Assembly: GCF_016433145.1 (NCBI RefSeq)
Contig: NC_058132.1
Coordinates: 204,201,682-204,265,681 of the forward strand
Direction: 5' to 3'
Length of the DNA: 64,000 nt
DNA from: Gracilinanus agilis
Lineage: Eukaryota
Of this stretch, positions 49,229-62,330 are shown in pieces. Each line of letters starts with the position of its first letter. Positions within the stretch are counted from its first letter, which is position 1. Position numbers and translations under genes: made by a program. The notes under the pieces are model-generated. The model was not told the DNA's origin, did no database searches, and saw only the letters and a program-made list of their open reading frames with translations.

Positions 49229-49969
49229 TGTAGCACCCACTCTGGGCTACCTCCTTAGAAAGTAGTCACTACCCCCAGCTTGCAAGGGACTCCGGGTCTG
49301 CATTACTGACACTATAATTTAGGAGCCCCCATTGCAATGGACTTTCTCTTAATTCAATTCAGAGGTAGAATTAACTCAAAGAAACTGCGTTTACTAAGGC
49401 AGAGCAGTTCAAAAGAGTAGCTAAAAACATTCCCCCTATTAGATTTGGGTATGAGTTCCTACAAATGCCCACAACATACATAGAAAGAATAGTCACAAAG
49501 TATAAATAGCAGTGTGGTCAAGGTAACTAACTTCTCATTCTCAATATTCAATCCTTTATGGAGTCTTCATACTGCTTCCTCTTGAGTACAGCAATTTTTC
49601 CTGTTGTTCAGCTGGGCTCTCAGGGTCTACTCTCCTCCTTAACTCATGTCAGTTGCCAGGACTAGTTTTCTCTTTCTCTCTTTTTTCTTTGTTTAAAACC
49701 CTAATGGGGGTTAAATGACTTGCCAAGGGCCACACAGTTAACTAGTTCTCTCTTGAATCTTTATTCTTGCTTCTTTTGATGCAAGGGGGTCCTACTCTTT
49801 GAAATGTTTCTTGCCTCAAAATGACCGCACTTTGGTAAGCTAGCTTTTTAAAGGTGATCTAGGTCTTGGTCAATCTATCTGCCAATGGTAAACTTCTTCT
49901 CTAAGTTCAACAGGGGAAATGCCACACATTTTGAAAAGGGGGTAGCAGAGTGTTCGCATCTTGTCAACA
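49229..49969. mobile_element. Probable solo LTR
   Basis: TG...CA-bounded (TGTAGCACCC...TTGTCAACA) about 740-bp segment unlike the surrounding L1 remnant. TATA-like and poly(A)-like hexamers are present but orientation is ambiguous; flanks TATT/CATT may be a decayed 4-bp TSD. Confidence 0.4.
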
Positions 49970-50999
49970 CATTAACACCTAATTATTTACCCTTTAGCTT
50001 CCTGTCTTTGCTTTTTTGGTGTTTACCTGGGTGAGAATAATCAGTTTTGTAAGGGACCAACTCCCTCCTTTACAATGCTACATTTATTTTTGAAAATTTG
50101 CTTTCCAAGTTCTGTTTATTTCACTTTGTATCCCTTCATGACTTTCTGTGAGTCCTATATTCTTCATATTCATAATTTCTTATGATGTGGTGATATTCCA
50201 TCACATGGGCCACAATTTGTTTAGCCATTCCACAACTGATGGGCAGATACTTAGTTTCCAGTTCTTTGCTCCCACAAAAAGTGTTGCTATATATATTTTG
50301 GCATATCAAACATTTGTTATGAATCCACTATGTGAGACACAGTCTTATAAATATAAATATGAAATATCACTTGTCTTCAAGGAGCTTTTAATGTTTCTCC
50401 CTCCACCAAACCCATAACTTCTGTCTTAGTATCAATTCTAAAAAAGAAGATGCTAGCAAGGGCTAGGCAATTGGGGTTAAATGACTTGACCAGGGTCACA
50501 CGACTGAGACCAGATTTGAGCCTAAGTCCTCCTGACTCTAGGCCCAGCAGTCTATCTACTATGCTACCTAGCTACCTCTAATGTAGTAAGTTTTTAAATT
50601 GAGGCTTGCTATGGACTATTGGTGAGGGAGTGTAGAGCAAGGAGAATATCTCCTTCCATCAGAGAAGTGGAAAATAAGGCTTGGGGAAACTAGATAACAC
50701 ATGTAATGAGAAGTAGTGCTCAGAATGAATAGAATATATTAGAAAGAACAAGGGAGTAAGACTGAAGTGATCTGGAGCTTTGCCACTAAGTAGCTATATA
50801 TCCTTAGGATAGTCATGGCCTTCTGGGTCTTAGTGTCCTCATTTGTTAATGAAGTGATTAGACCAGGCAATTGATAAGGATTTTCCCAGTTCTAAAATTT
50901 TTATGAACTTGTGAATCTAGAAATGCTGAGGTTTTCTTTTGTTTGAGATTTGCGTTTTGTCACTGACCCCTTTTACATTCTCTCCCTTGTCAACTTCAT

Positions 51000-52900
51000 C
51001 CACATGTAAGCCTTCAACCATTACCTCTATGCAGATGATCTCTAAAGTGTTTTTTACTCTTGTTCTTAAAAAATTCTCATTGTTGCAATCTGTTCATTTT
51101 CACCATTCTCCTCTATATTTCCCTTTATGTAAGGAACATTTTTAATCATCTGGAGTCTTTTGCATTCCATTTCTTGTTACCATAAAGCAGAACAAATAAG
51201 ATAGTATTAAAAAGACAGACCATTGTTTTCAGGGGATATTTGGGGTCACTAAAGGAGATTTGCAATTTCTTGAAGGTAATTCAGAAGATTCTCCTCACCT
51301 TTTATTGTATAATTGAACTGGACCTAACTCAATGTCCTTATGAATGGTCTGCTCCAGATAAACATATGTATGGACAATAGTAATGGGACACAAATGTAAA
51401 TAAGAAGCTTCATAAATTATCCATTTAAATAAATTTCATAACTGGGCAATAGAAATTCACCAACCACTTGTTCTTTCCTGTATGGATGGTCTGTATAAAC
51501 TATTTTGAGTGTTATGAATGTATCTTGCAGGATGCTTAGCATTGTTTTAAGGCCTGATAAAATAGCATCTGTTAATAGGAGCATCCTCAGACCTCAGCAA
51601 AGCAACTCCAAACAAAACCTTCAACTTGGACTTCATAATGGATCATTTCCAACACAGTGATAAACATCTTTGGTGAGACTATTTTATGCCTCAACAGGTG
51701 TGTGTTATCCGAGGGTCATTGAAAGGGCTGTTTCTGCTGTTATATCTCACTGAATTTTGAATTATTTTGATGTATAGAAGAAAAGGGAGACTTTAAGATG
51801 GCATACAAAATCAAATACATCAAATGCTATGCCAGGTGACATAGTAGGTAGAGTGCCAGGCCTAGGTTGAGAGGACTTGGATTCAAATCTGCTCTCAGAC
51901 TTCCTAGTTCTGTGATCCTGGGCATGTCAGTTAATCCCATTTGCCTAGCCCTTGCCCTTCTTTTATAAAAACAAACAAAAACCCCTTATCTTCTGTCTTA
52001 GAATTGATACTGGGGGCAGCTGGGTAGCTCAGTAGATTGAGAGCCAGGCCTAAAGATAGGAGGTCCTAGATTAAAATCTGACCTCAGACACTTCCTAGCT
52101 GTGTGACCCTGGGCAAGTCATTTAACCCCCATTGCCTAGCCCTAGCTACTCTTCTGCCTTGGAGCCAATACACAGAATTGACTCCAAGACAGAAGGTAAG
52201 GATTTAAAAAAAAAGAGAGAATTGATACTAAGTATGAGTTCCAAGGCAGAAGAAAGTTAAGGCCTGAGGCCACCTAACTGCCCTAGCCTTTGGCCTTCTG
52301 TCTTAGAGTTGTTACTAAGCCTGAAGTAAGAGTTTTTAAAAAAATCAAATGCATTTTGATAATCAACAAACAAGAACAGTGGGCTCTTGTGTTTTCTATA
52401 TCTTTTTGTCAATTGCAAAACAGTAAAGGTATGGTCCATCGTGAATCAGTTACAGAATCCTGCTCCTTTCCTAATAATGTCCTCATTGAAAATATCTTTG
52501 ATTCATGCTTAAATTATTTTCTTAAATAGCCTATATAGTTGGCAAAGATATATAGGTCAATAATAGTTGTTAATATTCTCTCACTCATCTTTTTTTTTTT
52601 TTTGGCAGAGGAGATATTAATAAAGTCTGATATCCCTCCATTTTGTATTCCTCTTTTTCTTTAGATATCTTGTATAATGATCCCTCAATGCTTTAACAAT
52701 TATGTTAACTACAGTATGGATCTCCTGTAAATCCATTTGATCCAATCCAGATGCCTTTCCAATATTCTCTTTATTACTGTTTCTAAATTTCTATAAGCTT
52801 TCTGGTTTTCTTGTTGTGGCAATACATTTCCATAGGTTAAACTTCCATATAATATTATAATCACTATTATTTATGATCAATTACTTGTTGAAATAGTTCA
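51000..52900 (-). mobile_element. Decayed RTE-clade LINE (reverse-transcriptase region) interrupted by nested SINEs
   Basis: Minus-strand translation DHTFTVLQLTKRYRKHKSPLFLFVDYQNAFD (ORF 52257-52439) resembles the RTE RT motif DHIF...LFVDYEKAFD; further frameshifted RT-like pieces on both sides. Boundaries approximate. Confidence 0.75.
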
Positions 52901-54501
52901 GGATTGAAATGTTTCAATTAGATGCCATACTTTTCTCCTTCTCCTCCTTTTTCTCTCCCCCCACTCCTTCTCTTAATTCTGATTTTTGCTCGGACAAGTC
53001 AGTGATCTGACTATGAAAGGACAGCTGATTCAAGTATAAATCCCATATGAAGAATGAATCTTTTTTGCCTGTTAAGATATCAGTTTGTGTGTGTGTGTAT
53101 GTGTGTGTGTGTAATGTTATTTGGTGCTTTTATTGTTTGTAGTGCTTACCAAATCTTTTCTTGAGGAAAGTATTCATGCTATAAAAGCATGTGGTTTCTT
53201 TGTAGTCTGAGGGTCTCCTCTCATTCCTTCTTGAACAATGTTTTCTCATATATTTTTTGCTGATTTCACTTTTCCCCCACATTCGTGTTGAAGTAACCAA
53301 GTATCAGTGTATATACTGATTTAATTTAATTCTACAAACAAGTAAGACTACCAAGTTAATTCAACATTAGATCATGTCACTATTCTACTCAAAACCTTTC
53401 AATTACTTTTCAATGCCTACCAAATATTATTTAAGATCTTAGGCCATTATTCGATAACAACTGAAATTTATATGGTGCTTTAAAAAGTACAAAGAATGTT
53501 ATATATCTTATCTATTTTAAGTTTCACAATGCCTCTTTGAGGTAAGCACTTTAAGTTTTATTATTTTTATACTATAGATGAAGAAACAAAATGTCAGGCA
53601 GATTAGGTGACTTGCACAGGATCACACAACTAGCAAGTATGAGAAACAAGATTTGAACTGGTCTTCCCAACTAAAGTCTAATGGTTTGCCCACTTTGCTA
53701 TACTGCCTCTATCATTCATAATCTTCCATCATTCTTCATAAAATTTTACATATTTTAAACCAATGTTGCCTTTGGCTGCCATCTTTCTACACTCAGCAAT
53801 CAAGTCAAGGCCTTGATGATATGGCCCCAGTTTACCTTTCAGCTTTTGTCTCCCTCTACTCCCTTATACATACGTGTCCCAGCTAAACAGTGCTCCTTAA
53901 AATTCTCAGACATGGCAGGTACTTTCCATCTTGTCCTTGTTTATGCAATTTTTTCCACGTGGAATGTCTTCTCTCTAGTTCTTCCTCCCCTTTCCACAAG
54001 TGAAAATCTTGCACATACTTCAAGCCCCAGACTAGATATTATCTCTTCCATAAAGCTTCCCCTGAATTCCCCAGTGGGAAATGATCCTTTCTTCCTCAGA
54101 CTTTCCATAGCACTTTGTACCTCTCTTATAGCACTAAGAAATATAGGAGATGTGAACTAGATAGGATCTTTAAACATCTTTTATTCAAGTCTTTCATTTA
54201 ATAAGGAAACAGAAGCTCAGAGACAGGAAGTGACTGGCTCAAGGTCACTCAGTGAATTAAAGGCAGAACAAGTACTAGAAGCCAAATCCCCTGACTATAT
54301 TCTGTCTTGTAAGATGACTATATTAATGTTTTTCCCAGGATTAGATTGAAGGGCAGGACTATGTCTTAGTCATTTTAGTATCCTGTTCATTTCCTAGCAC
54401 AGTGCCTTACATGTGGTAGGTATTAAATATTTCTAAAATAATTGAATAAATGGACAAGTGTGAGAAAATCTATTGCACTAGAGCTGTATATAATCTTGGT
54501 T

Positions 54502-54520
54502 GGAGCTCCCTCTAGTGGTC
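54502..54520 (-). promoter_or_regulatory. CTCF motif in the CCDC153-CBL intergenic region
   Basis: Minus strand GACCACTAGAGGGAGCTCC is a close match to the CTCF core CCACYAGRGGGCGC, in apparently unique sequence. Confidence 0.55.
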
Positions 54521-57453
54521 CTCCTGCTTTTGACTTTGGCCTCAATCTACCCTTTGGGTAATTCTCCACTGGAGGCCAAGGGGAAAGAACTATTGGTAAA
54601 AGAAGTTGGGGGAAAAAAAGGAGATTACAGATTTACTGTCCTTCTCTTGGCCTGTAGCTAAGTTTCTTGCTACTCCGACCCAAGGTCCATTATCATCTCA
54701 TCTACTTGGGTAAAAGATTTGGCCAGAGTTAATAGCTACAAAAGCTCCAATGGCTTGTTCTGGCACGAATTAAGGCAACTGATGAATCTGTCTCTGGATA
54801 ATTTTTCCTTCCTCTCTCCACCCTCTCCTTCCAGTGCCTTTGGCCAGATGCCTAATATCAGAAATAAATCTGCAGGAACAAGAATATGATCTGAGAATAA
54901 CATCATACTTCCTCTAATGGAAGGGACAAGACATGTAGATTCCACAGAAACTCATTCACATTTATATACCTTTTTGGGAGCATTGAGCACTGTTCTAGGC
55001 ATTCCAGACATTTGATAGGACTGGAAGAAGACACTAACTTTAGCCAGAATTTGTAATCCATGCACATAAAGGCAAGAGTGAAATGACTTCTTAAATCTCT
55101 ATAATTTCACTTCCAATAAGTTCTTTCTTTTTTACCTTCTGTCGTAGAATAAATACTGTGTATTAGTTCTAAGGCAGAAGAATGGTGAGGGCTAGGCAAT
55201 GGGGATTAAGTGACTTGTCCAGGATCACCCAGCTAGGAAGTGTCTGAGATAAAATTTGAACCCAGGACCTCCCATCTCTAAGCCTGGCTCTCAATCCACT
55301 GAGCCACCTAGCTGTCCCCCTTCCAATAATTTCATCCCATACTACACCTCTGACACATACTCTAGTCACTAGAGTCTAGTGTATAGTACTGTGTAGAATT
55401 TATGCAATAGCCAAACTGTAATCCTCACTGTCCCTTTAATACATCATACCGTTTCCCCCTCTCTGTATCTTTGCTCCCGTACTTTTGGCTAGAACTCCCT
55501 CTTCTTATTTCTGCTTTTGCCATTCTTCTGGGTTTAGTTCAAATGCCACCTCCTCTTTTCTGATCCTTCTTGCTAGAAGTGATTTCTTCCTCATTTTATA
55601 CCATTTTATACTTCAATTACACATTTATCATATATTGTATCCATCATGGTTAGCCCTGATAATAGAAAGCCCAAAGAGTAAGTGGCAAAAAAGGATACCA
55701 TCCAGGAAAAGCATGATTAGAAAAGGAGGGTGGCTACTCATGTAGTAAGAACAAGATATAATATGGGTAGCCATGGGGTAGCCTTGGTACTCATGAAATG
55801 TTACAATACCTAGAGGAAGGTCTCTAACATGTAGAATAGATCCTTGATGGATGATTTATTGGAGGATATAAACAAATGAATGACACAGGATGAAAGGTCT
55901 GGTTACATTCTGATCCATATCACTGATCCATTATATTCATTTCTGTGCATGTCAGGTCTTTCCCAACTAGGTTGTAAGACCCTTAAAGGCTAGAAACCAG
56001 ATTTATCTTTATATCTCCTTTTATAATGTCCCTATCTTTGTTTCTCCTTAATGGTGCCTTATACATAGACAATTAATAAATGTTGAATGAATTAATCAAT
56101 GAATGAATGTACTTCATTTATCTTCCCAGAATACCTGCAAGGTAAGCAATAGGGATTTCTGTCTTCCTCCTCATCACAAAATCTATTTGTATTATAGGCA
56201 TTATGCTGAAAATGTACAGACTAAGACTTGATGATGTAGCAAACATACAGATAATGGAGAAAACATTGTAATACTTGTATGGTTTATAAATTACGTTACA
56301 CACACGAAAATATAACTACATTAAGCTAGGAAACAAGTATGTTTTCTTTGCAGGTGAAAAGAGATAGTAAAGCTCATAGCATACTAGGTAATTTGTGAAC
56401 AGAGCTAGAAATGGAACTCAGTCAGGAATCCTGTCTTTCATACTGGCTGTATCTTACAGAAAGACAGAAGGAAAAGCAGTTTTATTAACAGCTAGTCTTT
56501 TTGTTAAGTTTAGAAAGGATGGGAAACATCAACTTTGCAATCTCTGGATATTCAGTCCAAAGGCCTCTGCTCTGCATTTAGGGTTATATGCAGAGCTAAT
56601 AGAGAAAGCAGACCATCCCTCCTTTTCTTTTGTATTTTGAATGATAGGACCCATATGAAAAGGATATAGAAACAATTTTAAATAGTAGAGTGAAAACCAC
56701 ATATGTAAATATTGGAGGGATCCTATACATTCTAATTTGAAACATATTTTAGAGGAAAAAGGTTTAGGAAAAAATCCATTTGGATTTGTCACATCAGAAG
56801 TATAAAATACATACAATGGTCTATGGATCGATTTCTCATCTGTTATATATACCTAGTGTGTTAGTGGGATAATAAAAGGACCTTGGGAGAAATATAGCTC
56901 TTTTTGTATGTATAATCTTTAAAAAGAACCTTAGTTATCTTCATCCTGTTTGCTGTCAGAGGTCTCTGATTTAATCGAAAAACAAAACAAAACATGGCAA
57001 CGGAGGCTGGTTTTTATTTCATGTATTCTTTTGTTCAAAGAATAGTTTATTGAATATATCCCATTATAAAAGGCACTGTCCCAGGTGCTGTGGGAACTAC
57101 GAAAACAAATAACATACTTGTCTTCAATTATTTTACAATCTAATAGAAAGCACATGTATAATGCTTTTTTGTATATGTGTATAGCTACATGTATGCATAT
57201 GCACAAATGAATAAACATAGACCTATATAAGTGAATTAGGTGTCATTAAGGGAGATATGAACAAAGTAGTATAGAATTTTAAAGGAAGAAGTGGTAAGCA
57301 CCAAGATGTAAAGAAATACTATTTGAACCAGACCTTGAAGGATAAATAACCTTCAAATAAATAGATTTATCATTCATAGATAAATAGGATTTCCACAAAT
57401 ATGGATGAGAGATATCCAAGATAAGTAATGAGACAGAAAGAGAACACCTAGAT

Positions 57454-57648
57454 AAGGGGTTCTTCACCTTTTTTTGTGTCATGGACATCTTTGGCTGTCT
57501 GGTAAAGCCTATGGACCCTTTTTCATAGTAATGTTTTTAAATGCACAAAATAAAATACCTAGGATTACAAAGGAAACCAATCATATTGAAACGCCATTAT
57601 CAAAATATTAATAAAACAAGGTCATGGATCTCAAGTTAAGAACCTTTG
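57454..57648. mobile_element. Ancient Charlie4-like hAT MITE
   Basis: AAGGGGTTCTTCACC...AGTTAAGAACCTTTG degenerate TIRs; flanks ACCTAGAT / ACTTAGAA resemble the NTCTAGAN target; internal GGATTACAAAGGAAACCAAT typical of Charlie4 as recalled. Confidence 0.65.
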
Positions 57649-57699
57649 ACTTAGAAGCCTTTGAAGACTTTAGGTCACCTGACCTTGAAGAACTATATC

Positions 57700-59300
57700 A
57701 TTAGGTGCTGAAGAAATTGTCTTGGTGTGAGTCACTGTCAGTGATGTTTAAAAGAATAGGAAAAATAAGAGAAGTGCCACAAGTTTAAAAAATGGCAAAT
57801 GTCAAAATTTTCAAAAAAGGGAAGTAATCAGAGTCTGCAAACTACATGCCTATGAGCTTGACTTTGATTCCTGGGAAAATTCTAGAACAGATCACTAAAG
57901 AGATGGTTAATGTAGACCTAGAAAGTCAAGCAGTGATTACAAAGCACTTCTTCAAGAACAGATCATGGTACACTATCCTCATTTATTTTTTTCACAGGAT
58001 TTCTAAACTGGTAGATGGGAGGAATGTTGTGAATATAATCTACTTAGATTTTGATAAATTATCTCAACTATTGTTGCAGAAAAGATGGATGGATATAGAT
58101 TAGACCATAATAAAATTAGATGACCTCAGAACTGCTCAATTTCAAAGTCACAGAATGTTTTCACTAGAGAATACCAGGGAACTATTATCAACCCTGTGCC
58201 ATTTAACTTTGTTATCAATAACTTGGATAAAAGCACAAATGGTATGTTCATCAAATTTGCCCATCATACAAAACTAGATAGCTAACACATTGAATGGTAG
58301 GGTCAGGATCCAAAAGGATCTCGATAGGCTACATTAGCCTTAGACTGAATCTAGTAAGATGAAGTCCTTAAGGATAACTATATGCTTGTTGACAAGTTTA
58401 GGATGGGGTAAAGTGTGATTCGATAACAATAGTTTATCTTTAAAAGATCTGGAATTTTTAGTGCACTGTATATAAGTTCAATATGAGTCCCTAATTTGGT
58501 ATGGCAGTCAAACAAGCTAATGTAATTTTAGATTGCATTGAAATGGCAATAATTTTAAGGATCAAGGAGATGATAGTCCCTTTGTACTCTGCTCATCAGA
58601 CCACATTTGAAATATTGTGTTCATTTCTGGGTGCTACAGTTTAAGGAAGATATTGGCAAATTAGACTATGCAGAGGAAGGCAACCGGGATGGTAAAAGTC
58701 CTTGAGTCTCTATCACGAAGGAATTGAAGATGTTTAGTTCTCTTTAGAGAAGATTTAAAGGGAAGTTGATAGCTGAGGTAAAATAGTGAAGTAATGTCAT
58801 GTTAGAGATTATACTTGTTCATTTTGACTCCAGAGGACAAAACTGAGAGCAATGGGGAGAAATTGCAAAGAAACAAATTTAAGGTTGACAAAAAACAAAA
58901 CAAAACAAAACTTCCCAGCAATTAGAGCTGTCCAAAAGTAGGATAAGCTCCCTGTAAAGGTGATAGATATTCCCTTAGAAAACTTCAAGCAGACCATGTG
59001 TTGGGTAAGTTTTAGTGGAGATTCCTTTCATTTTGGGGCAGGACCAGGTAGCTACTAAAAAAATTTTTTTTTAAACCCTTACCTTTCATCTTAGAATCAA
59101 TACTTGGTATTGGTTCTAAGGCAGAAGAGTGATAAGGGCTAGGCAATGGGGGTTAAGTGACTTGCCCAGGGTCACACAGTTAGGAAGTATCTGAGACCAG
59201 ATCTGAACCCAGGACCTCCTGTCTCTGATTCTCAATCCACTGAGTCACCCAGCTGTCCCCTACTAAAATATCTTCTGACAATCAAATGCTGTGATTGTAT
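57700..59300 (+). mobile_element. Decayed CR1/L3 LINE (RT + 3' end), with a SINE inserted at about 59062-59260
   Basis: ORF 57846-58103 SLTLIPGKILEQITKE...FFKNRSW...IIYLDFDK is the CR1 RT motif; CR1-type 3' end at 58830-59050. SINE TSD TACTAAAA at 59053-59060 and 59261-59268. Confidence 0.8.
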
Positions 59301-59434
59301 GTTGAGGTTAGGGGTTGGTGTTTACAGTGGTAAAGAGATGGATGGGAGCCAAAGGATATCATGAACAAAGGTAAAAAGGCTAGAAAGTGCTTAGAGTCTT
59401 CTGGAAATAGTCTGGTTCATAGGGGAAAAAAAAA

Positions 59435-59435
59435 A

Positions 59436-59488
<53 letters not shown>
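59435..59488 (+). repeat. (TA)n microsatellite
   Basis: Direct inspection. Confidence 0.95.
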
Positions 59489-59490
<2 letters not shown>

Positions 59491-61539
59491 GCACACATAC
59501 AGAGTAGAGCTGGAATGCTATCATAGTGTCATAGGATTTTAGAATTGAAAGTGACCTTACAGGTAATTTAATCATTTGATAGTTTACTGATAAAACTGAC
59601 AGTTGATGTGACAAGTCCAATACCATACAACTAAGATAAGTTTGGGCCAGAACATGGAAGGCATTGAATGCCAGGACAAGGAATTGAATTATTTAGTGGG
59701 CAATGGGAAGTACTTAAGTTTTGAGCAGGAAAATTAAATGATTAATCTGGTAATAAAATTCAGGATAGATTCAAGAGGGGAAGAGATTGGAGACAGGAAG
59801 TCTAGGAAGCTAATGCAATAGGAAGAGTTGAAAGCTAATGAAGGCCTGAAATAAGGTAGTGATAGTTGTGACACATTTTGCTTCTTGAGGTCCTCAGAAG
59901 ACAGGCACTCTTTATTTTTCCTGGATTTCTTTTGTCCCTTTGTTCCTGGCCAAACCCAGAATTAATAAGGAGAATTTTACTTCTGGGAATTAATAGTGTC
60001 TTCTTCATAACTAATCTCAGAAAAAGGGGGATTGAACTGTAGAATCAGGTTGTCAGAAAGGTTCCTTCCTTACCCAGATGAGATATAAATCTGACTTCCT
60101 ACTTAAGTCGTTTTGGGGTGGAGTCAGGTTTTTACTTCCCACAGACTTGTGGCTATGGAACCTAAAGTTCAGAGTTACCAAGCTATGACTTTTTATGGAA
60201 GAAGAGATAGTTACTTTTTCAAAAATCTTCCCCCAAAAAACCATTCTCAAATCAATTTGAGAGGAATCAATGAAACAATAGAGCATATCAGCTCAGGGAA
60301 ATAAGGCATTTTAACTCCACAGCTGAAGTAACTGAGGATATTCAGATTTCAGAAGACACTGGGAATATGACACAAAAATGAAGAGTGGAGAGTGGTACAG
60401 TAGAAAAAGCATTGAATTTAGTGTAAGAGGGTTTGGATTTTCCTTACCTCTAAAAGACGAGTGTCAGACTATATCTCTAAGGTATCTTTCAGTACTATGC
60501 CTATGAACTATTTACAAGTAATTTAAAATCTGTTATGTAGAACAAGGATTAGGTTTATTTTACTTGGCTGAAGAAAGCAAATGCATTGTGTAAAAACTCT
60601 ATGTAAGGGAAATTTTGCTAACAATTAGAACTCTTCAAAAGTGGAATAGGGGTATTAGAGGCAATTTTTCTTCTAGTAGAGTACCTAGTACTGCTCATGT
60701 TCCAGGTGGTATAGACCATCTCTTAAATCCTTTCATGTTTTGAGATTCTATGGGCAGGCAAAGGGCTCCATAAGCAGATTTTTATTATTGGAAGTTCTTT
60801 TCAAATTATGTAGGCAAGGTCTTCATACCACAAGCAGGAAGCGAATCTTGCTTAAAGCAGAAATTCAACTCCAAGAAAAGGAACACAATGTCCTAAACCC
60901 AAAAGAGGAAATGTGTTGTTTTTGTATGGGGTGGGCTTGAGAGAGGAGAAATGGGGAGGATGGAGAAGAATCTGAACCCAGAATGTATCACCTTTTTTGG
61001 GGGGCGCCAAAGAGTTGCTGGATAAATAATTTCATCATCATTATCATCATTATCATCATCACCAATGATTTCCTTCTTCCATCGATGATGATGCAATATT
61101 GTGGGGAGGTTGGGTATCATTAACCTCTCCAACACACAATTTAAGACCTCAAAGAAAACAAGTCAAAACTTCAACCAGAGAAGTTGGAATTCCTAAGTCT
61201 AGGATCCCTCCAAACCTTTGAGCCAATTACCCACAGAAAACATGGTAGCCTCAGCTTCCCACCTGCCTTCTGCGCATGCTCCTCTCCACCCACCCACCTG
61301 CAGTGTGACCCTGCCAGCTCCGCCCATCTCCGGGCCAGAAAATGGGGCGTGACTAGATGGCAGATCCCTACGGCTGACTTCCTTCCTCCTTTCTTCCCCC
61401 AGCCTCTGCCTCTGGTCTATGGGATTTACTTGGCCGAATACTGGGGCGAGAAAAAGGCAGTGCAGACATTGACAATCCCGCTAAATGAGGGGCTCCCCTT
61501 CCCAGATCTCTATCTGCCTCCAATGTCCTTTCAGTGTGT

Positions 61540-62330
61540 TCATTTTACAATCCTATGCGCGCTCACGCGGGCCCTCCCCCGCCTTGGTGTGTGCACTCGC
61601 GCGCCGGAAGCTCGCGCTCAGCCTCCGGGTGGAAGAATACCGGGGAGGGGGTTGGAGGTAGTTTGTATTCACGCGCTCCTTCCTTTGGCGACGCCTTTGC
61701 CTAACCCCTCTTTAAAGGGACGCGCGCGAGCTCGCGCTGGCATGCGCGTTCCTGTCGGTCCCACCCCTTCCGCGGCCCGCCCCCGGCCCTCCCTCTTCCG
61801 CGCACCGCCCCCTGCCCTCCCCTCAGGGCCAACGCTCCGCCCTGTCCCCGAGAACCGGTGGCGGCGGCCGGCAGAGGGAGGCTCCGCCTCCGGTCCCCTC
61901 CCTCTTTCCTCTCTCCCTCCCTCCCTTCTTCCTTCCTTCCTTCCTTCCCTCTCTCTCGGTGCCGGGTTCCCGGGTGGGTATCCCCCCCGCTGCCCCGAGC
62001 CTCCCCGGGCCATGGCCGGCAACGTGAAGAAGGGCGCCGGGGCCGGGGGCAGCGGCGGCTCCGGGGGCTCGGGCTCGGGCGGCCTGNNNNNNNNNNNNNN
62101 NNNNNNNNNNNNNNNNNNNNNNNNNNNNNNNNNNNNNNNNNNNNNNNNNNNNNNNNNNNNNNNNNNNNNNNNNNNNNNNNNNNNNNNNNNNNNNNNNNNN
62201 NNNNNNNNNNNNNNNGGGCTGAGGGCGGGGGAGGGGAAGCACAGAGGGTGGGGGAGGGGCGGGGGTTGCGAAGGCCGCCGGCTGCTGGGACCCCGGGACT
62301 GTGCAGGGTGGTGGTTGGGGAGGGTTGGGC
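61540..62330 (+). promoter_or_regulatory. CBL: CBL CpG-island promoter
   Basis: The only strongly CpG-rich non-coding stretch in the window. Contains GC boxes (GGCCCGCCCCGGCCC), CCGGAAG ETS core near 61603, NRF1-like GCATGCGCG near 61740, and a 14-bp palindrome GCGCGAGCTCGCGC at 61724-61737. Confidence 0.85.
62012..62215 (+). CDS. CBL: E3 ubiquitin ligase CBL, first coding exon (3' part hidden in N gap)
   Basis: GCCATGG Kozak, then MAGNVKKGAGAGGSGGSGGSGSGGL (62012-62086), matching the human N-terminus as recalled. N gap 62087-62215 covers the rest of exon 1; the end coordinate is approximate. Intron 1 runs to the window end. Confidence 0.92.
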
